NCBI GenBank assembly: GCA_001275005.1
Contig: JWZX01002366.1
Location: 1 to 35,408, forward strand
Length of the DNA: 35,408 nt
Direction: 5' to 3'
Source: Chrysochromulina tobinii
Taxonomy: Eukaryota
The notes beneath the pieces are model-generated. The model had not been told where the DNA came from and did no database searches. It worked only from the letters and a program-made list of their open reading frames with translations. Shown piece after piece: positions 19,075-28,362 of the stretch; position 1 is the stretch's first letter, and every line of letters begins with the position of its first letter. The position numbers and the translations under genes were made by a program.

Positions 19075-20874
19075 TTAAGGCGCGGCGAACGGCACCGACG
19101 AGTGGTGCAGGAAGATGCGCACCTTGCCGTCGTTGCAGCGCCCGTAGCCGAAGGTGTACTCGACCTTGGCCTTGCTGCCGTCGGTGGCGTCGGTGAAGTA
19201 GTAGTTGCCCATGGCGATGCCGATGCCGCCCTTGAGCTCGATTTGGTGGTTGTCGTACACGACGTCCGCCCAGCCCTTGCCGCCGTTGATGGCAAAGCCG
19301 AGGTCCTCCTCGTAGCCGTCCTCGACCACCTTGCCGCCGACAAAGTAGGACATCGCGGAAGCGCCGGTCGGGCGGAACTGATACTCGGCCGCCTTGGTCG
19401 GCTTGAAGAGGACGTTACCGTGGCCATAGTAGTATAGGTCAGCCGCGGCGTCAGCAGCAGTCTGGATGTAGTCGCCCTTCTCCTTGTAGGTCTTGGTGAT
19501 CTTCTTGATCGCGGCTGCCCAGTTGGCCTGCACCTCGCGCACCTCCTCCTCGGTCACGGGCTTGGGGCCGTCGCTGGCCACGAACGGCACCGACGAGTGG
19601 TGCAGGAAGATGCGCACCTTGCCGTCCGTGCACTTCTTGTAGCCAAAGGTGTACTCGACCTTGGTCTTCTCGCCCGTGGTCGCGCAGGTGAACCAGTAGA
19701 TGCCCATCGCGACCGCGGTCGGGCCGTTGAGGTCGATCTGGTGGTTGAGGAACTCGACGTCCGCCCAGCCCTTGCCGCCGTTGATGGCGAAGCCGGCATC
19801 CTCCGCGATGCCGTTCTCGACCGCGTTCTTGCCGACAAAGTAGGACATCGCGGAAGCGCCGGTCGGGCGGAAGGGTACTTCGGCCGCCTTGGTCGGCTTG
19901 AAGAGGACCTTCGAGTGGCCGTAGCCGTACAGCTCGGCGGCCGCGCTGCTCGCTGCTCCGACGAAGTCGCCGCCATTCTTGTACACCTTCGAGATCGTCT
20001 TGATGGAGCTGGCCCACGACTTCTGCGCCGCGATCACCTCGGCCTCGGTCACATCGGCCACGCTCTGCTTAGAAGGCTTCGTGCCGGCCACGAACGGCAC
20101 CGACGAGTGGTGCAGGAAGATACGCACCTTGCCGTCCGTGCACTTCTTGTAGCCAAAGGTGTACTCGACCTTGGTCTTCTCGCCCGTGGTCGCGCAGGTG
20201 AAGTAGTAGTTGCCCATCGCGATGGCATTGTTGCCCTCGACCTGGATCTGGTGGTTGTCGAAGACGACAGACTTCCAGCCCATGCCGCCGTTGATGGCAA
20301 AGCCAGCGTCCTCCTCGATGCCATTGGCCACTGCATTCTTGCCGACAAAGTAGGACATCGCCATGGAAGCCGTCGGGCGGAACTGAGCCTGAACAGCCTT
20401 GGTCGGCTTGAAGAGGACGTTCGAGTGTCCATCTGTGAGAGGTGCACGGAGCCAAGGTGTGAGCATTGAGTGGAGGCGTAAGCTGAGAGCGATCGATGTG
20501 CGTTTGGGGACGGCTAGCTTCCTGCCGCGAGCTTCCGTCTGAACTTGCGTCTGAGTTTGAGAGGCTCGAACGCGCTTACAGGCGTACAGCTCGCCCGCGG
20601 CCTTGCCCGCGACGCCAACGTAGTCACCGCCCTCCAGGTACGTCTTCGAGATGGTCGCGATCGCGTTCGCCCACGAGTTCTGCGCCGCACGCACCTCCTT
20701 CTCGGTCACAGTAAAGGCGGCGGTGGGCACAACCATACCCTTTCCGGTCAAGACGGTGGCCACTTTCGAGCCAATCCCGAAGATCATTTCGGGCGTCGAG
20801 GTGCGCACGTTCACATTGCGAACGCCGGCATGCGGTTGAACAAAGAGGGAGAGGACTGAGACGTAGAAGAGCAT
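19075..20874 (-). CDS. Iota-class carbonic anhydrase (LCIP63/COG4875-like, NTF2/CaMKII-AD fold) with three tandem domains and a predicted plastid-targeting leader; one intron at 20433-20579
   Basis: Three copies of 'VTExEV..AQ..W...I..I...Y...VLFKPTKA...FRPT...AMSYFVG...GFAINGGKGW..V.F.NHQI...AMGNYYFT...KVEYTFGY...KVRIFLHHSSVPF', each ending in the HHSS motif of iota-CAs. The N-terminus is a hydrophobic signal followed by an R/S/T-rich segment ending in PEM. Removing the GT-AG intron restores ELYAYGHSNVLFKP. Confidence 0.9.
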   Translation of the reverse strand: MLFYVSVLSLFVQPHAGVRNVNVRTSTPEMIFGIGSKVATVLTGKGMVVPTAAFTVTEKEVRAAQNSWANAIATISKTYLEGGDYVGVAGKAAGELYACKRVRASQTQTQVQTEARGRKLAVPKRTSIALSLRLHSMLTPWLRAPLTDGHSNVLFKPTKAVQAQFRPTASMAMSYFVGKNAVANGIEEDAGFAINGGMGWKSVVFDNHQIQVEGNNAIAMGNYYFTCATTGEKTKVEYTFGYKKCTDGKVRIFLHHSSVPFVAGTKPSKQSVADVTEAEVIAAQKSWASSIKTISKVYKNGGDFVGAASSAAAELYGYGHSKVLFKPTKAAEVPFRPTGASAMSYFVGKNAVENGIAEDAGFAINGGKGWADVEFLNHQIDLNGPTAVAMGIYWFTCATTGEKTKVEYTFGYKKCTDGKVRIFLHHSSVPFVASDGPKPVTEEEVREVQANWAAAIKKITKTYKEKGDYIQTAADAAADLYYYGHGNVLFKPTKAAEYQFRPTGASAMSYFVGGKVVEDGYEEDLGFAINGGKGWADVVYDNHQIELKGGIGIAMGNYYFTDATDGSKAKVEYTFGYGRCNDGKVRIFLHHSSVPFAAP

Positions 20875-20990
20875 TCTGTGTCCTTCGAGTTCGCAAGAAG
20901 GTATCTAAATCTGGAAATCTGGAATCTCGCGGTTTCCAAAAGACGACGGGAATCAGAATCATCAACGATGCGGCTGAGACCGGGAACAGA

Positions 20991-21012
20991 GCCGGAAAAA
21001 CGTTTTTCCGGC
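20991..21012. promoter_or_regulatory. Perfect 22-bp palindrome GCCGGAAAAACGTTTTTCCGGC upstream of the iota-CA
   Basis: The sequence equals its own reverse complement. It sits in the AT-richer divergent intergenic region, ~117 nt from the iota-CA ATG. A regulatory function is inferred only. Confidence 0.5.
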
Positions 21013-21341
21013 GTATTTCCGACCCAGAGACCTACACACGCTCGGAGTCTGGAGTGCCGGGCGAACCAATGAGCAAAATTCACGCAAAATTCAACAAACT
21101 GAATGTGAATGGTGTATTCACCGTTCAACATTCAACATTCAACATTCACCTATGACTTGTATTTCGCCCATCCTTGCGCCCATCAGATCTATCTTCTTTT
21201 CGCGAGAAATACGCGAGACCCCTTTGTTTCTTTTATAAGAGCCCTTCCATGCCCTTCACACACACACATGCACCACCACGTACATTTGTGGTCCTGTTAA
21301 CTTCACTCGTTCACACAAAACCGCACACACGTTCACGAACC

Positions 21342-23375
21342 ATGCTGAGAAAACGCGGCCGCTCTGCCGCCGCTATCGGCACGCTGCTCCACCCGCGCCT
21401 AAAATTGCTACACCATTGTCACTGCAGCACCGTGGCCGGCAAGCGCTCACCCGACAAACGCCCACCCGATGAATTCCGGCGCCACCTTCTCCGCCTCGCT
21501 TGGCCCGAGCGTCAGCGCTTCGCTGGCGGACTGGTGCTGCTGGTGGGATCCTCGTCCATCTCGGTGGTGTTCCCAAAGGTCATGGGCGCCGTGATGGACT
21601 CTTGCCTAGCGGGCGGCGGCGACAGTTGGACACCAGCCGCCGCTGCGACTGCCCTCTTTGGTCTCTTTAGCGCACAATCTATCATGGTTGCTGTACGCGG
21701 GCGGCTCATGGCCGTGGCCGGTGAACGAGTTGCGGCTCGCCTGCGAGCGGAAACGTTCACCTCGCTGCTGCTTCGGCACGACGTAGCCTTCTTTGACCGC
21801 GTGCGATCAGGCGACCTGCAGTCGCGCCTGACTGCCGACTGTTCGAGTCTGCAGAAGCTTGTCGTCAGTGACGCTATTAGTGCGCTGCGTGCGGGTTTGA
21901 TGGCCACAGGCGCGGGGGTCGCGATGCTCAGTATCTCGCCATCGCTCTTCTGCATCTCGTTGCTCAGCTTCCCACCCGCCGTGGTCCTTGCGCGCCGTAT
22001 GGGCGAAACCATGCGCGAGCGTCAGCGGCAGGTGCAGGAAGCGCTCGGAGAGGCAGGTGCAGAGGCGGAGCGCGCTCTCGGCAACGTACACACGCTCAAG
22101 CTATTCGCCGCCGAAGGCGAGGCGCTCGAGAGGTACGGGGCCAAGGTGACGACGGCGCGCCGGAGGGCTGAGGAGGTTGGTGCTGCTCAGGCGCTGAGCG
22201 AGGCTGGAGTGGGACTCGCCCTCCAGTCGTCCGCCCTTCTAGTGCTAGCTGTAGGAGGCCAACAGATCCTCGATGGCACGCTCACGTACGGCGACCTGTC
22301 CGCCTTCCTGCTGTACTCGATGATGACCGGCTTCGGCGCGGGCAACGTCGCGACGGCCTACTCCGAGTTTCGCCGCGCGAGTGGCGCCTCGGAGCGCGTG
22401 ATGCAGCTGCTCGAGCCTCGGCCCGCGGACCTGGAGCGTGAGAGGAGCGTGACTCTCCAGCTGCCCACCTCGACGCCCATCGGGCCCAACACAACGCCAA
22501 TCATGCCCATCACAACGCCAATGGGGACCAACACAACGCCAAGGGTGACCATCACGACGCCCATGAGGCCCAGCACAACGCCAACTGTGCCCATCACCAC
22601 GCCGCCAGGTTTTTCGAGTATGGCCACGGCGACGCGTCAATCGCCCGCGACGGCGCTCCCTCGCATCGACGCTGTGGGTGCGGCCGGGGCGGTCGGCGCG
22701 ATGGCCGTTGGCCAGATTGAGTTTGAGGGCGTGAGCTTCGCTTACCCGAGCGCGCCGCACCGGCCTGTGCTCTCGGGGCTTGATCTGCACGTGGCTGCAG
22801 GCGAGCGAGTCGCCCTCGTGGGGGCGTCGGGCTCAGGCAAGTCGACGATTGCCGCGCTGCTCGCCGGGCTGTATGCGCCGCAGCGGGGACGCGTGCTGCT
22901 GGGCGGGGTGGACGTGGACACCATTGAGCGTGTGCACTTGCGCACGCGGCTGCTCTCGGTGGTTCCGCAGGAGCCCGCCCTCTTTTCAGGAAGCCTGCGT
23001 GAAAACCTACTCGTCGGTCGGCCGGGTGCTACCGAGGCAGAGCTGCGCGCGGCGGCCGACGCCGCCGGCTGCGCCGACTTCGCCGACTTGCATTGGACGC
23101 GAGACGTTGGCGAGCGAGGGCTTCAGCTCTCCGGCGGTCAGAAGCAGCGAGTCGCCCTCGCGCGAGTGCTGCTGCGCGACACGCCCATTGTCATCCTTGA
23201 TGAGTTCTCATCCGCGCTGGACGGCAAGATGGAGGCGAGCCTCGTCAACGGGCTCCAGCGCGCGCTCGCCGGCCGTACGCTGCTCCTCATCACGCACAGA
23301 ACCTCGCCGCTCGGGCTGGTCGAGAGGGTCATCAACTTGCCGAGCTTCGCAAACACCGATGTGGGGGGGAGGTAA
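21342..23375 (+). CDS. ABCB-family half transporter (ABCB10/MDL1-like, TMD-NBD), possibly mitochondrial
   Basis: TMD motifs 'AGERVAARLRAETF', 'DVAFFDRVRSGDLQSRLTAD' and 'GTLTYGDLSAFLLY'. Walker A is GASGSGKST, Q-loop VVPQEP, signature LSGGQKQR, Walker B IVILDE, H-loop ITHR. The N-terminus is basic and presequence-like. Confidence 0.88.
   Translation: MLRKRGRSAAAIGTLLHPRLKLLHHCHCSTVAGKRSPDKRPPDEFRRHLLRLAWPERQRFAGGLVLLVGSSSISVVFPKVMGAVMDSCLAGGGDSWTPAAAATALFGLFSAQSIMVAVRGRLMAVAGERVAARLRAETFTSLLLRHDVAFFDRVRSGDLQSRLTADCSSLQKLVVSDAISALRAGLMATGAGVAMLSISPSLFCISLLSFPPAVVLARRMGETMRERQRQVQEALGEAGAEAERALGNVHTLKLFAAEGEALERYGAKVTTARRRAEEVGAAQALSEAGVGLALQSSALLVLAVGGQQILDGTLTYGDLSAFLLYSMMTGFGAGNVATAYSEFRRASGASERVMQLLEPRPADLERERSVTLQLPTSTPIGPNTTPIMPITTPMGTNTTPRVTITTPMRPSTTPTVPITTPPGFSSMATATRQSPATALPRIDAVGAAGAVGAMAVGQIEFEGVSFAYPSAPHRPVLSGLDLHVAAGERVALVGASGSGKSTIAALLAGLYAPQRGRVLLGGVDVDTIERVHLRTRLLSVVPQEPALFSGSLRENLLVGRPGATEAELRAAADAAGCADFADLHWTRDVGERGLQLSGGQKQRVALARVLLRDTPIVILDEFSSALDGKMEASLVNGLQRALAGRTLLLITHRTSPLGLVERVINLPSFANTDVGGR
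22464..22606 (+). repeat. ~7 x 21-nt degenerate coding repeat (P/T-x-T-T-P-x-x) in the TMD-NBD linker
   Basis: Units include CCCAACACAACGCCAATCATG, CCCATCACAACGCCAATGGGG and ACCAACACAACGCCAAGGGTG. Confidence 0.9.
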
Positions 23376-23979
23376 ATTACCGCTACCTCGCACAACACGA
23401 CGCGGTGCGGGGGGCGCTGAAATTTCGTTGTCATGTCGATGTCCGATGTCGATTGGCTCCAGTAGGGGCACCGCTGCGCGTCCGGCGCACGCTGAAACTG
23501 ACGAAAAGCGTCACTTTACCGGACAGGGACACACTCAGCACACACACGCCGGTGTCCGGCGTACAGCGGCTCGCGCGACGGAGCGCGACGGACCATAATA
23601 CGCGGTCCCGCCCTCCCGCCACTCTTGCCGCGGCCGTGAGAGTCAGAGGAGTGGGTCCCGGCTCGGCTCTGAGGACAGGGGTCCGACGAGACAGGCAGTA
23701 ACTAGGAGCACATCGTTGACCTGCCGCACGGACCTGGCTGGGTCCGGCCACACTTCTGTGGCGCGGCTCTCCTAGCAGCCTGACCCATTCGTCTGTCGAC
23801 AGAACGGCAAACGCCAATCGCAAGTGCCTCCGCGATCTGTGTGGAGCACAGAGCCAAGAGGCAGCAGCACAACGAACCTGAGCGTTCCAGCCGCTGTCAT
23901 CGTGTCAAATGCATCTGCGTCGCACGACTCCACACATTACGTGCAGACGCGTCGTTGCACAACCTAGCACATCATCTCC

Positions 23980-24315
23980 CTAATGTGTCATCCTCCAGAC
24001 GAAAATGAACACAAAGAACACAAAGAGTGCGAGCATGGGCATCGAGCAGTCGCCCCCCATCTTACTGAATGCCCCCAGCCGTTTCCGCGTACCGTCCAGC
24101 AAGCTACCCGCACTGTCAAAGCTATTGCTGATATTGTCCAGCATGTTGTTCTGATCGCGAACATCGGCGCCGATCGCTATGGTCAGTTCTTTGAGCTGAC
24201 TGACCTTGCCAGCAAGGCCGTTGATAAGCGCATCGTTCTCTCCCTCCATGAACCGATCGTACTCAGCGCCGCCACTGCCATGATGAGCCGCGCCGCTGCG
24301 GTTACGAGGGTGCAT
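23980..24315 (-). CDS. BET1: BET1-like Qc-SNARE (111 aa)
   Basis: SNARE motif 'ENDALINGLAGKVSQLKELTIAIGADVRDQNNMLD...SFDSAGSLLDGTRKRL', a C-terminal TM anchor, and a size typical of Bet1. Confidence 0.88.
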   Translation of the reverse strand: MHPRNRSGAAHHGSGGAEYDRFMEGENDALINGLAGKVSQLKELTIAIGADVRDQNNMLDNISNSFDSAGSLLDGTRKRLGAFSKMGGDCSMPMLALFVFFVFIFVWRMTH

Positions 24316-24810
24316 GACCCACCGCGGAATGGAAAGATAGGTGTTAATCGGCGTGCCACGTGTTCAGACCTTCCGAATTTTAATCATTTCACAAGGTCAA
24401 AAGGAACCTCGCCGGTACCGGGACAACATATGTGTGACCACACATGGCGTGTGGTGCATCGAGTGGTGCTTGGATGCCGACACGGCCGGCGGCCGCGATC
24501 CGCACAGCCGCGATTCGCCGAATTCAGAATGGAATCGACCGACGTGAGGTCCAATTTGGCAGTGCTGGTGTAGCGGAAACCAATCGGAAAACGTTCACCC
24601 GCAAGCCTGCCGGCAGCGAACGCCCCATCCACCCACATGCAACGCCCCAGCTCGTGCAATCCGAGCGGCTGCAGGTCGACTGGTCGAGAGGTCTCCAGGA
24701 TCGACGATCGACATCACACACCTTCACACCACAGAAGAATGGAGACATTGACGTCGACAATTGAGCGTCGATGGAGCGAGATGTGCGTTCAGCTGAAGCA
24801 GGCAGCTGCT

Positions 24811-25596
24811 CTACCGCCACGCCACCATTCGTTCATTCACAACGGTCGTTGTCAATAAATGTGACCTTGAAGCCGTCACGGACGACCTGCCGCACCTTTC
24901 CAGGAGGGTGTAGCGAAGAGACAGAGACGCAGGCGATACATGTGGTGTGAGAGTCTGGCGGCGAAGGTTTGGCAGTAATTGCTGAAGAGAGAGAGAGAGG
25001 TCAGAGTCTGGTGGTGATGGCTCTCCACGGTCGAGGGCATCATATGTCCAGGCTTTCTTGTCAACATGGGGGGTGGTAAAATCCAAGAGCGCCTCTGCAA
25101 TTTCACCACTCCACTGGGCAGACTTGAAAGGCGAAGGCGTAGTGGAAGACAAGACTACGCGAGCGAGGGGCCAGGCAGCAGCCGTGCCGTCGGCAATGCA
25201 GCGCACAGCGACCTGCGAGCCTGTCTCAGTTGATGAAAAGATGATGCCACCAACTATACCCTCCGGCTCGCCAGGCAGTGGTCCGATCGCATTTGAGTCG
25301 GGGTCTGAAAGGAGCCGGACCCGCATGCTGGGTTCTGGATCTCTGCAGAGCTCCGCGATGTGCTTGAGTTCGCTCTCGCAAAGGCGCACAGTATCCGCTC
25401 GCCACCACCCCATGGGAAGTTCACGATCACCATAAACTGGACGCACGCGCAGCAGAAGGCCATAGGGCTTGCTGCGATAGTAGTCATACACATCGCCGTC
25501 CACAAAGGGATGCACAAGCAAGGTCACACGCAATGGGTTGCCATCTTTGCAGGTTGGAAGCAAGGCACGCAGGCGACGATGGGTGTAGTCCTCCAT
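24811..25596 (-). CDS. Hypothetical protein (261 aa), no recognisable domain
   Basis: ATG-initiated ORF with globular-looking composition filling the gap between BET1 and the TPR gene. Codon usage is less GC3-biased than in most neighbours. Confidence 0.4.
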   Translation of the reverse strand: MEDYTHRRLRALLPTCKDGNPLRVTLLVHPFVDGDVYDYYRSKPYGLLLRVRPVYGDRELPMGWWRADTVRLCESELKHIAELCRDPEPSMRVRLLSDPDSNAIGPLPGEPEGIVGGIIFSSTETGSQVAVRCIADGTAAAWPLARVVLSSTTPSPFKSAQWSGEIAEALLDFTTPHVDKKAWTYDALDRGEPSPPDSDLSLSLQQLLPNLRRQTLTPHVSPASLSLRYTLLERCGRSSVTASRSHLLTTTVVNERMVAWR

Positions 25597-25866
25597 TTGC
25601 CGACGAGGACGAAGAGAGCACGTTCGGCCTGCTATTGCGCCAGCCCTTTCCTATTCTTTTTCCAGACCCTGTCCCAATTAAGGAAGGTGCCACTTCACAA
25701 AGGAGAGAAACCATTTTTCAAAGCTCTTAACTAAGGAGTGATGCGTGTTGGACCCAGCATTAACAGATTCTCGATTCTCGTTGGTAGACGAGCGCGGGAA
25801 ATCGCCCACACATCGCATCCGGAATGGAAGGATCCTCGTGTAGTGAACACGAGGCCCTTACGCGTT

Positions 25867-28362
25867 CTACTTTTGTTCCCAAGCCTCCTTGAGCGCCGCA
25901 GACGCGGGAGTGCCCAGCTTTGCCAGCTGACCGAAGACTGTCTTGACCACGGCCTTCTGCTTCGCGTCGAGGAACATGAGCAGCATCCCGAAGCGGCGAG
26001 TGCTCGCCAAGCCTTCCAGGACCTGCGTCGCCGTCGAGCACGCAGCCTCCACCTCGGCTGCGCCGCTCGACCCCATGAGCGCCGTTTCGAGCGCATTGAG
26101 CAGCGAGAGGAGCGTAGCCTCCGTGAGGCTCTCCTTGAAGAGAGGAGCGTAGTGTGCCGAAGGCAACCGCGCCAGCCACGCCTGCTGTGCCGCCAAAGAC
26201 CCTGCGGCCACCAGTGCCTTCCACTCACGCTCAAAGGCCTGAGCGCTGCTCGGCAGAGGGGCGTACGACGCTGCCGCGGCGGCCGACGCGGCAGCCGCGT
26301 CGGCCACCTTGGTCGCCACAGCGGCCACCTTTTCGTAGTCGATGGCAGGCTTCTTCGTTGGAGTCTCCGCAACTTTCGCGCCAGCGCCAGCGCCGCCAGC
26401 GGCGGCGGCGGCCGCGGCGGCCTCTTGACCATCCGCGACGGCTGGTGGTGGTGGCGTGGGTGCCGGCGCAGTCGGGCTCGGCGCCACGGTCGCCACAGCG
26501 AAGGCGGGTGCCTCCTTTGCGGCCATCTCCTTGGCTGTCTTCAGTGCGCCGCGTCGCGATGTCTCCTGCGCCACTCGAGCATTGCGCAGCGCCGCGCGCA
26601 ACTCGTCGTTCTGCGGCGCGCGGCCGAGCCCAGCCTCGAGAGCCGCCACCGCCTCCGCCGGCTGGTTCGCCTCGAGGAGAGCGAGCCCGAGCCGGTAGTG
26701 CCCTTTGATGTACTCGGGATGCATGCGCACACACCGTCGCGCGTCCTCGAGTGCGCGAGCGATCAGCGCCGCTGCCGCTCCATCGGCGGTCACCTGTGCC
26801 GCCTCTGATTGTGCGCGTAGTGTGCGGAGGTACTCGGAGGTGCTACGGGAGGACGCGTAGTATGCGTCTGCCGGCAGGGCGGGCGCCGCGCCGCTGCGGA
26901 CGGCCGACGCGAGCTTGAGCGCCGCGGCGGTTCGATTGGAGAAGATGAGGTGCACCTCCGCGGGCGCTGCCGCTTCAAGCGCCTGACTGTAAGCTCGCAG
27001 AGCCTCGGCCCATGCGCCACGTCCGAAGGCGTCGTTTCCCTCCTTTTTGAGCGCTGCGGCGCGAGCGGCGTCGGGCTGCCCCGGCGCCGGGGCATCGCCA
27101 TGCGCCGACTCGCCCACCGAAAGGATGAGGGACTCGTCTAAAGGGCCCGAAACGGCGCCGTCGTCCTCATCCTCTTGGCTCGCGGAGTTGCCAGCCGCGG
27201 CGGGTGGGCTGACCTCCGCGGGCGTGGCGGCTGCCGCGGCAGGCGTGCTTGCAGCGGGCCCGGCCGGCGCCGGCTTGGGCGCCCCCCCGGAGCGTCCCGC
27301 ATACGGCGCCATCACGATGCGCTCCGCCTCGACTGCCGTCGTCGGCCGCTCGGCCACCGCCCCGGCACCTGGAGCGCCCTCCACTTCCAGGAGCTCAGCA
27401 ATCTGAGGTTCGTCAAGCTCGGCAGCCGCCGGCACCGGCGGCGTGCCCGCACCGCACTCTGCCCCCGCGAGCGCGCGCGACGTGTCCGCCGCCTGCGCCT
27501 CGAACTTCGCGAGCATTTCCTCCGGGCTCATGCCGGTGCCCGTGCCGGCAGCTCCGATGACGAACTGGCCCGACATGACTTCGACCGTTGGGAAGCGTCC
27601 AAAGTCGTCGCGCAGCTTCGCGGCGAGCTCGAGCTCCTCCTCGGGCAGCCCCGGGGTCGTCGCCCACTCCTCGAGAATCGACATCAGCCCGGCGCCCAGC
27701 CGCAGCACCTTTTGCTCACAGTAAAAGTAGCGCACGAGCGAGAGCCAGAAGGCGAGGATTTGCAGGCAGAAGTAAGAGCCACCCGGGAACGGGCTCTTCT
27801 CGCCCAGGTTGGCTGCGAGCGCCTGCACGAAGCGCGTGCCTGGGCTCGCGAGGTCGACGAACCGCTTGTGCACTGCCGGCTCGAGCACCGGCTCGTGGAA
27901 CCAATCGTGCAGCTCGCAGCTTGTGAGCTGCATGAACGTGTCGACATACTGCGCGCGCAGCGGTGGGCTGTCGTCCTCGAGGCCCATCGCGAGCGCGATC
28001 AGGCCGCCCTCGCGGATGAATTCGCGCATGAGTCGCCACGAGCGCGCGTGGTGCATGTAGAGCATCGCGAGGAATGGCTTGCGCAGCTTGTTCTGCGGGT
28101 GGTTGCTCGGCGTGCCTTTTCCGCCGCCGTTGATAAACGCGACGTACGCTAGCATGTCGACCGGCTCGGGGAAGAAGAGCAGCAGCCGCGCTTCGCGCAG
28201 GTTGTACGTACGCCGCGAAATGAGCTCGAGCTCCTCCAGCGGCGGCTTCTCCCAGTGCCTTCGTAAGCCCTGCTTGAGCTGCTCGGCAGACTCGACGTCG
28301 GGCATCCCCGCCACCATCTCTTTGATGAGCTTCTCAAACTTTTGTTCGAGGGCGTCGGCCAT
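25867..28362 (-). CDS. TPR + RPAP3_C-domain co-chaperone (RPAP3/SPAG1-like) with an uncharacterised helical N-terminal domain
   Basis: Carboxylate-clamp-type TPRs 'AAALKKEGNDAFGRGAWAEALRAYSQAL', 'IFSNRTAAALKL' and 'ALEDARRCVRMHPEYIKGHYRLGLALL'. The C-terminus 'PSSAQAFEREWKAL...YAPLFKESL...LEGLASTRRFGMLLMFL' matches RPAP3_C. ATG at 28362. Confidence 0.8.
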   Translation of the reverse strand: MADALEQKFEKLIKEMVAGMPDVESAEQLKQGLRRHWEKPPLEELELISRRTYNLREARLLLFFPEPVDMLAYVAFINGGGKGTPSNHPQNKLRKPFLAMLYMHHARSWRLMREFIREGGLIALAMGLEDDSPPLRAQYVDTFMQLTSCELHDWFHEPVLEPAVHKRFVDLASPGTRFVQALAANLGEKSPFPGGSYFCLQILAFWLSLVRYFYCEQKVLRLGAGLMSILEEWATTPGLPEEELELAAKLRDDFGRFPTVEVMSGQFVIGAAGTGTGMSPEEMLAKFEAQAADTSRALAGAECGAGTPPVPAAAELDEPQIAELLEVEGAPGAGAVAERPTTAVEAERIVMAPYAGRSGGAPKPAPAGPAASTPAAAAATPAEVSPPAAAGNSASQEDEDDGAVSGPLDESLILSVGESAHGDAPAPGQPDAARAAALKKEGNDAFGRGAWAEALRAYSQALEAAAPAEVHLIFSNRTAAALKLASAVRSGAAPALPADAYYASSRSTSEYLRTLRAQSEAAQVTADGAAAALIARALEDARRCVRMHPEYIKGHYRLGLALLEANQPAEAVAALEAGLGRAPQNDELRAALRNARVAQETSRRGALKTAKEMAAKEAPAFAVATVAPSPTAPAPTPPPPAVADGQEAAAAAAAAGGAGAGAKVAETPTKKPAIDYEKVAAVATKVADAAAASAAAAASYAPLPSSAQAFEREWKALVAAGSLAAQQAWLARLPSAHYAPLFKESLTEATLLSLLNALETALMGSSGAAEVEAACSTATQVLEGLASTRRFGMLLMFLDAKQKAVVKTVFGQLAKLGTPASAALKEAWEQK

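Noticed and set aside
2887..24315. Functional clustering of trafficking genes (SEC12, VAC14, BET1) or ciliary genes (CFAP53, RPAP3/SPAG1-like)
   Set aside because: They are interspersed with unrelated genes on mixed strands. These are large functional categories, so co-occurrence in 35 kb is unremarkable.
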